Position numbers and translations under genes: made by a program
NCBI GenBank assembly: GCA_039593355.1
Contig: JBCNPK010000011.1
Location: 25,039 to 89,038 of the forward strand
Origin: Pseudoduganella sp.
GTDB lineage: Bacteria; Pseudomonadota; Gammaproteobacteria; Burkholderiales; Burkholderiaceae_D
Direction: 5' to 3'
DNA length: 64,000 nucleotides
Part shown: piece after piece, positions 61,373-64,000 of the stretch
Layout: every line of letters starts with the position of its first letter
Numbering within the stretch: the stretch's first letter is position 1
The notes under the pieces: model-generated
The model's input: only the letters and a program-made list of their open reading frames with translations
The model's database searches: none
What the model was told of the DNA's origin: nothing

Positions 61373-63709
61373 TTAGAACTTGTACGAGGCGGTGAGCTTG
61401 TAGGTGCGCGGGTCGCCGTAGTAGGTGGTGACGGTGTTGAAGAAGCCGCCGAAGGCGTAGCCCGCTACCTTGTAGCGCTTGTCCGTCAGGTTGCGGCCGT
61501 GCAGGCCGATCTGCAGGCGTCGGTCGGCGCTGGTCCATACCAGGCCGGCGTCCCACAGCGTGAAGCCGCCCTGGGCCAGCATCAGGTTCTGCGGTACCAG
61601 GGCATCCATCGATGCGACGCCGGTCGGGCGCACGATTTCGGCCTGGTACACCTTGTCCTTGTAGGACAGGCTGGGGTTGAAACTCATGCTGCCGCCGCGG
61701 CCGAACAGGGTGACCGGCCATTCGTAGGTGGCGCCCAGGTTGGCGGACTTCTTCGGCGTGTTCTGGAATTCGGCGCTCTTGGCGACGTTGATCAGGCTGG
61801 CGCCGCTGGCGACCATCCATTCCTTGTATTCGGCGTCGATGTAGCTCAGCATGCCGTTCAGGGACAGGCCCTCGGTCACGCGGGCAAGCACTTCCAGTTC
61901 CACGCCTTTGATCTTGGCTTTGCCGGCGTTGGTCAGGGTGCCGGCGAAGCCGTTCACCTGACCTTGCGCATTGAAAGTGGGGATCGAACCGGGGATCTGC
62001 ACGTTCTTGTAGTCGGTGTAGAACACGGCCGCGTTGGTTTGCAGCCGGCCGCCGTTGAGCGAGGATTTCAGGCCCAGTTCGACCGAATCGACTTCCTCGG
62101 GATTGACACCCTTGCGTTTCTCCAGCGAGGCTGGGGTGTTCGGGCCACCGGTTGCCGCCAGGTCCATGCGCGGGTCGAACATGCCACCCTTGAAGCCGCT
62201 CTGGTAGCTGCCGTACAGGTTATGTTCCGGCGAGATCTTCCAGCCGAAGCCCAGCTTCGGCGTGAATTTCCTGTCCTTGCGCTGCAGGTCGTTCTTGCTC
62301 ATATCGGTGTTGGGCGCGAGGCCGACGGCGGCCGGGTTGCCCAGGTTCGGCGAGCCGGCCAGGCCGAGATAGGTGCGCTTGTAGATGGCCGCTTCGCGCT
62401 CGTCGTCGGTCCAGCGGCCGCCCACGCTCACGCTGAAGGCGTCGGTGACGTTGTAGCTGGCGTCGGCGTAGACCGCCCAGGTCTTGGAGTCGATGTCGTC
62501 GCGCGTCAGCAGGGAGAAGCCGGTGCCGGCGCCGTACAGCACGTCGAATTCGTTGAAGGCATTGGTCTTCATGTAGAACAGGCCGGCCACGCCCTGCCAT
62601 TTGGAACCGGTATAGGTGAACTGGAATTCCTGGCTGTCCTGCTTGTCGCTGTAAATGGCCGGGGCTTCCCACAGCGGGGTGTTCAGCGAGTCGAAGTCGA
62701 TCGGGGCGTAGGATTTGGACGAGCGGTGTGCCGTCACCGACTTGAATACCGTCTCGGGCGTAATGTTGTAATCGATGGTCAGCGAGGCGCCCTTGGTGGT
62801 CACTTGCTGGTCATGGCCATTGACCTTGTACAGGTTGGCGCGCGTGTCGTAGGAGCCGTCCAGCGGTGGCAGGTTGGCCGGCGCCGGGCCGTTCAGCAGG
62901 CGGTAGCCTTGCTTCGGTTCGGAATCGTCCTTCGTGTAGTCGGCGGCGAGGCGGATGAACAGGTCGGTGCTCGGCACCAGTTCGGCGCTGACACGCGCCG
63001 CGGCCACGTCCTTGTTGTAGTTCTCGCGGCCATTGACGACATTCTTGCCGAAGCCGTCGCGGTTGAAGGTGCCGACCGTGGCGCCGACGCGCAGGATGTC
63101 GCTGAGCGGGGTGCTGCCTTTCAGGACCAGGTCGTGCTGCTTGTAGTTGCCCAGCGTACCCTTGATTTCCAAGGTCGGGTTGGGGGAAAGCTTGCGGGTG
63201 ACGTATTTGACGGCACCGCCGATGGTGTTGCGCCCGTACAGGGTGCCTTGCGGTCCGCGCAGCACTTCGATGCGTTCCAGGTCGTAGATGTCGGTCAGCG
63301 CGCCTTGCGGGCGGGCGAGGTAGACGTCGTCCAGGTAGATGCCGACGCCTTGCTCGTAGCCAGCCACCGGGTCTTGCTGGCCGATGCCGCGAATGAAGGC
63401 GGTCAGTGTGGTGTTGGTGCCGCGCGAGGCTTTGAGCGTGGTGTTCGGCACGATATCGGTCAGCGCGGTGATGTCCGGGAGGGCCTGTTTTTCCAGCTGG
63501 GCGCCGGACAGTGCGGTCACCGCGCCCGGCACGTCCTGAATCAGCTCCGCGCGTTTGCGGGCAGTGACGATGACACGGTCGATTGCGCCTTCAGCTTTCT
63601 CCCCGTCGGCCGTTTGCGCCAGTACTGGATGGGCGTACATGGCGGGAAGGGTCATCATGACGGCAGCCACGGAGCGGCGCAGCATGAAAGTGGTATTCGA
63701 CACACGCAT
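61373..63709 (-). CDS. TonB-dependent receptor
   Basis: Start at ATG 63709 (GAGGAG upstream). Signal MRVSNTTFMLRRSVAAVMMTLPAMYAHPVLAQ, plug domain (IDRVIVTARKR..., IEVLRGPQGTLYGRNTIGG), a beta-barrel, and a C-terminal YKF aromatic terminus. Confidence 0.85.
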   Translation of the reverse strand: MRVSNTTFMLRRSVAAVMMTLPAMYAHPVLAQTADGEKAEGAIDRVIVTARKRAELIQDVPGAVTALSGAQLEKQALPDITALTDIVPNTTLKASRGTNTTLTAFIRGIGQQDPVAGYEQGVGIYLDDVYLARPQGALTDIYDLERIEVLRGPQGTLYGRNTIGGAVKYVTRKLSPNPTLEIKGTLGNYKQHDLVLKGSTPLSDILRVGATVGTFNRDGFGKNVVNGRENYNKDVAAARVSAELVPSTDLFIRLAADYTKDDSEPKQGYRLLNGPAPANLPPLDGSYDTRANLYKVNGHDQQVTTKGASLTIDYNITPETVFKSVTAHRSSKSYAPIDFDSLNTPLWEAPAIYSDKQDSQEFQFTYTGSKWQGVAGLFYMKTNAFNEFDVLYGAGTGFSLLTRDDIDSKTWAVYADASYNVTDAFSVSVGGRWTDDEREAAIYKRTYLGLAGSPNLGNPAAVGLAPNTDMSKNDLQRKDRKFTPKLGFGWKISPEHNLYGSYQSGFKGGMFDPRMDLAATGGPNTPASLEKRKGVNPEEVDSVELGLKSSLNGGRLQTNAAVFYTDYKNVQIPGSIPTFNAQGQVNGFAGTLTNAGKAKIKGVELEVLARVTEGLSLNGMLSYIDAEYKEWMVASGASLINVAKSAEFQNTPKKSANLGATYEWPVTLFGRGGSMSFNPSLSYKDKVYQAEIVRPTGVASMDALVPQNLMLAQGGFTLWDAGLVWTSADRRLQIGLHGRNLTDKRYKVAGYAFGGFFNTVTTYYGDPRTYKLTASYKF

Positions 63710-63741
63710 CAAAGTCTCCTCAGGTTTTGTTATGCGAGGAG

Positions 63742-63805
63742 TGTGCATGTTTTGCCAACTGTGCGAAACTGACAGTACTGCACTCACGTTGTGCAATTTT
63801 GCACA
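63742..63805. promoter_or_regulatory. second copy of the TGTGCAATTTTGCACA operator architecture, upstream of the TonB-dependent receptor
   Basis: An identical 16-mer lies at 63790-63805, and the imperfect copy TGTGCATGTTTTGCCA at 63742-63757. The start-to-start spacing is 48 bp, as at 55795/55843. Confidence 0.6.
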
Positions 63806-63925
63806 CGATGGCGAGTAGTGATATTTCGATTTCACGATGATCTAGTCCTTGCTGATATAGCTTTGTTATAGCGCGTGGCTTGTTTGATAAGCTCGGGAAA
63901 TTACTGCTATGTCATAGAGGATCGG

Positions 63926-64000
63926 ATGAAGGAGACGAATGAAACAAGGCGCAGGGTCTTTCTCGGCTTGATGGGCGGCGCGGCCAGCCTGGCCTTCGCA
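63926..64000 (+). CDS. start of a Tat-signal protein (first 25 codons only)
   Basis: AGAGGA lies upstream of ATG 63926. The translation MKETNETRRRVFLGLMGGAASLAFA has a twin-arginine motif and a hydrophobic core. The ORF runs off the window. Confidence 0.4.
   Translation, partial: MKETNETRRRVFLGLMGGAASLAFA

Noticed and set aside
61025-63772. 915-aa plus-strand ORF opposite the TonB-dependent receptor
   Set aside because: It is antisense to a receptor gene with plug, barrel and C-terminal aromatic signatures. Its translation is repetitive and rich in G/A/V/R/Q, with no motifs.
1-64000. CRISPR arrays, insertion sequences, prophage or integrative elements, toxin-antitoxin pairs, rRNA genes
   Set aside because: I saw no regularly spaced direct repeats, no transposase, integrase or phage-like translations in any frame of the ORF track, and no rRNA-like sequence. 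The only repeats are the short palindromic elements reported above.

Overview
High-GC, gene-dense chromosomal segment. The gene content and REP-like palindromes suggest a betaproteobacterium (Burkholderiales/Oxalobacteraceae-like); that is inference only. I can support about 70 CDSs, one tRNA-Gly(GCC), several palindromic repeat elements, a few promoter/operator candidates, and two orphan intrinsic terminators that may mark small RNAs. Recognisable modules in order: an NhaP-type antiporter translationally coupled to an AlgZ/LytTR two-component pair; cheV; fghA; a cation:proton antiporter with ybdK; a two-subunit NAD-type formate dehydrogenase (fused FdsG/B-like subunit, Cys-type FdsA, FdhD) followed by a tungstate-type ABC transporter (tupBCA); trxC; a complete malonate decarboxylase operon (mdcACDEGBH) behind a TRAP transporter and a divergent GntR regulator; MFS/Bcr efflux genes; YceI proteins; a hybrid kinase / HD / REC-only signalling module; two GSTs; and a Liv-type ABC importer operon led by an alpha/beta hydrolase. 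The most interesting locus is 56.7-63.8 kb. It holds a DUF692/MNIO enzyme with a DUF2063-like partner and an upstream 87-aa Cys-containing ORF that fits no MNIO substrate class I know, and it sits directly downstream of a LAL-type LuxR regulator and a TonB-dependent receptor. An identical 16-bp palindrome with the same two-site architecture lies in the promoters of the receptor and of the LysR/hydrolase-ABC divergon. This suggests one regulon and possibly an undescribed RiPP/metallophore-like system. Other points of note: duplicated about 133-bp AT-rich modules, each ending in a triad of DnaA-box-like 9-mers, flanking an orphan response regulator; a REP pair read through by the fdhD ORF; and an orphan mini flagellar-rod-like protein. 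I found no rRNA, CRISPR array, transposase, integrase or phage genes. All functional calls come from reading the translations by eye, and no database search was run.
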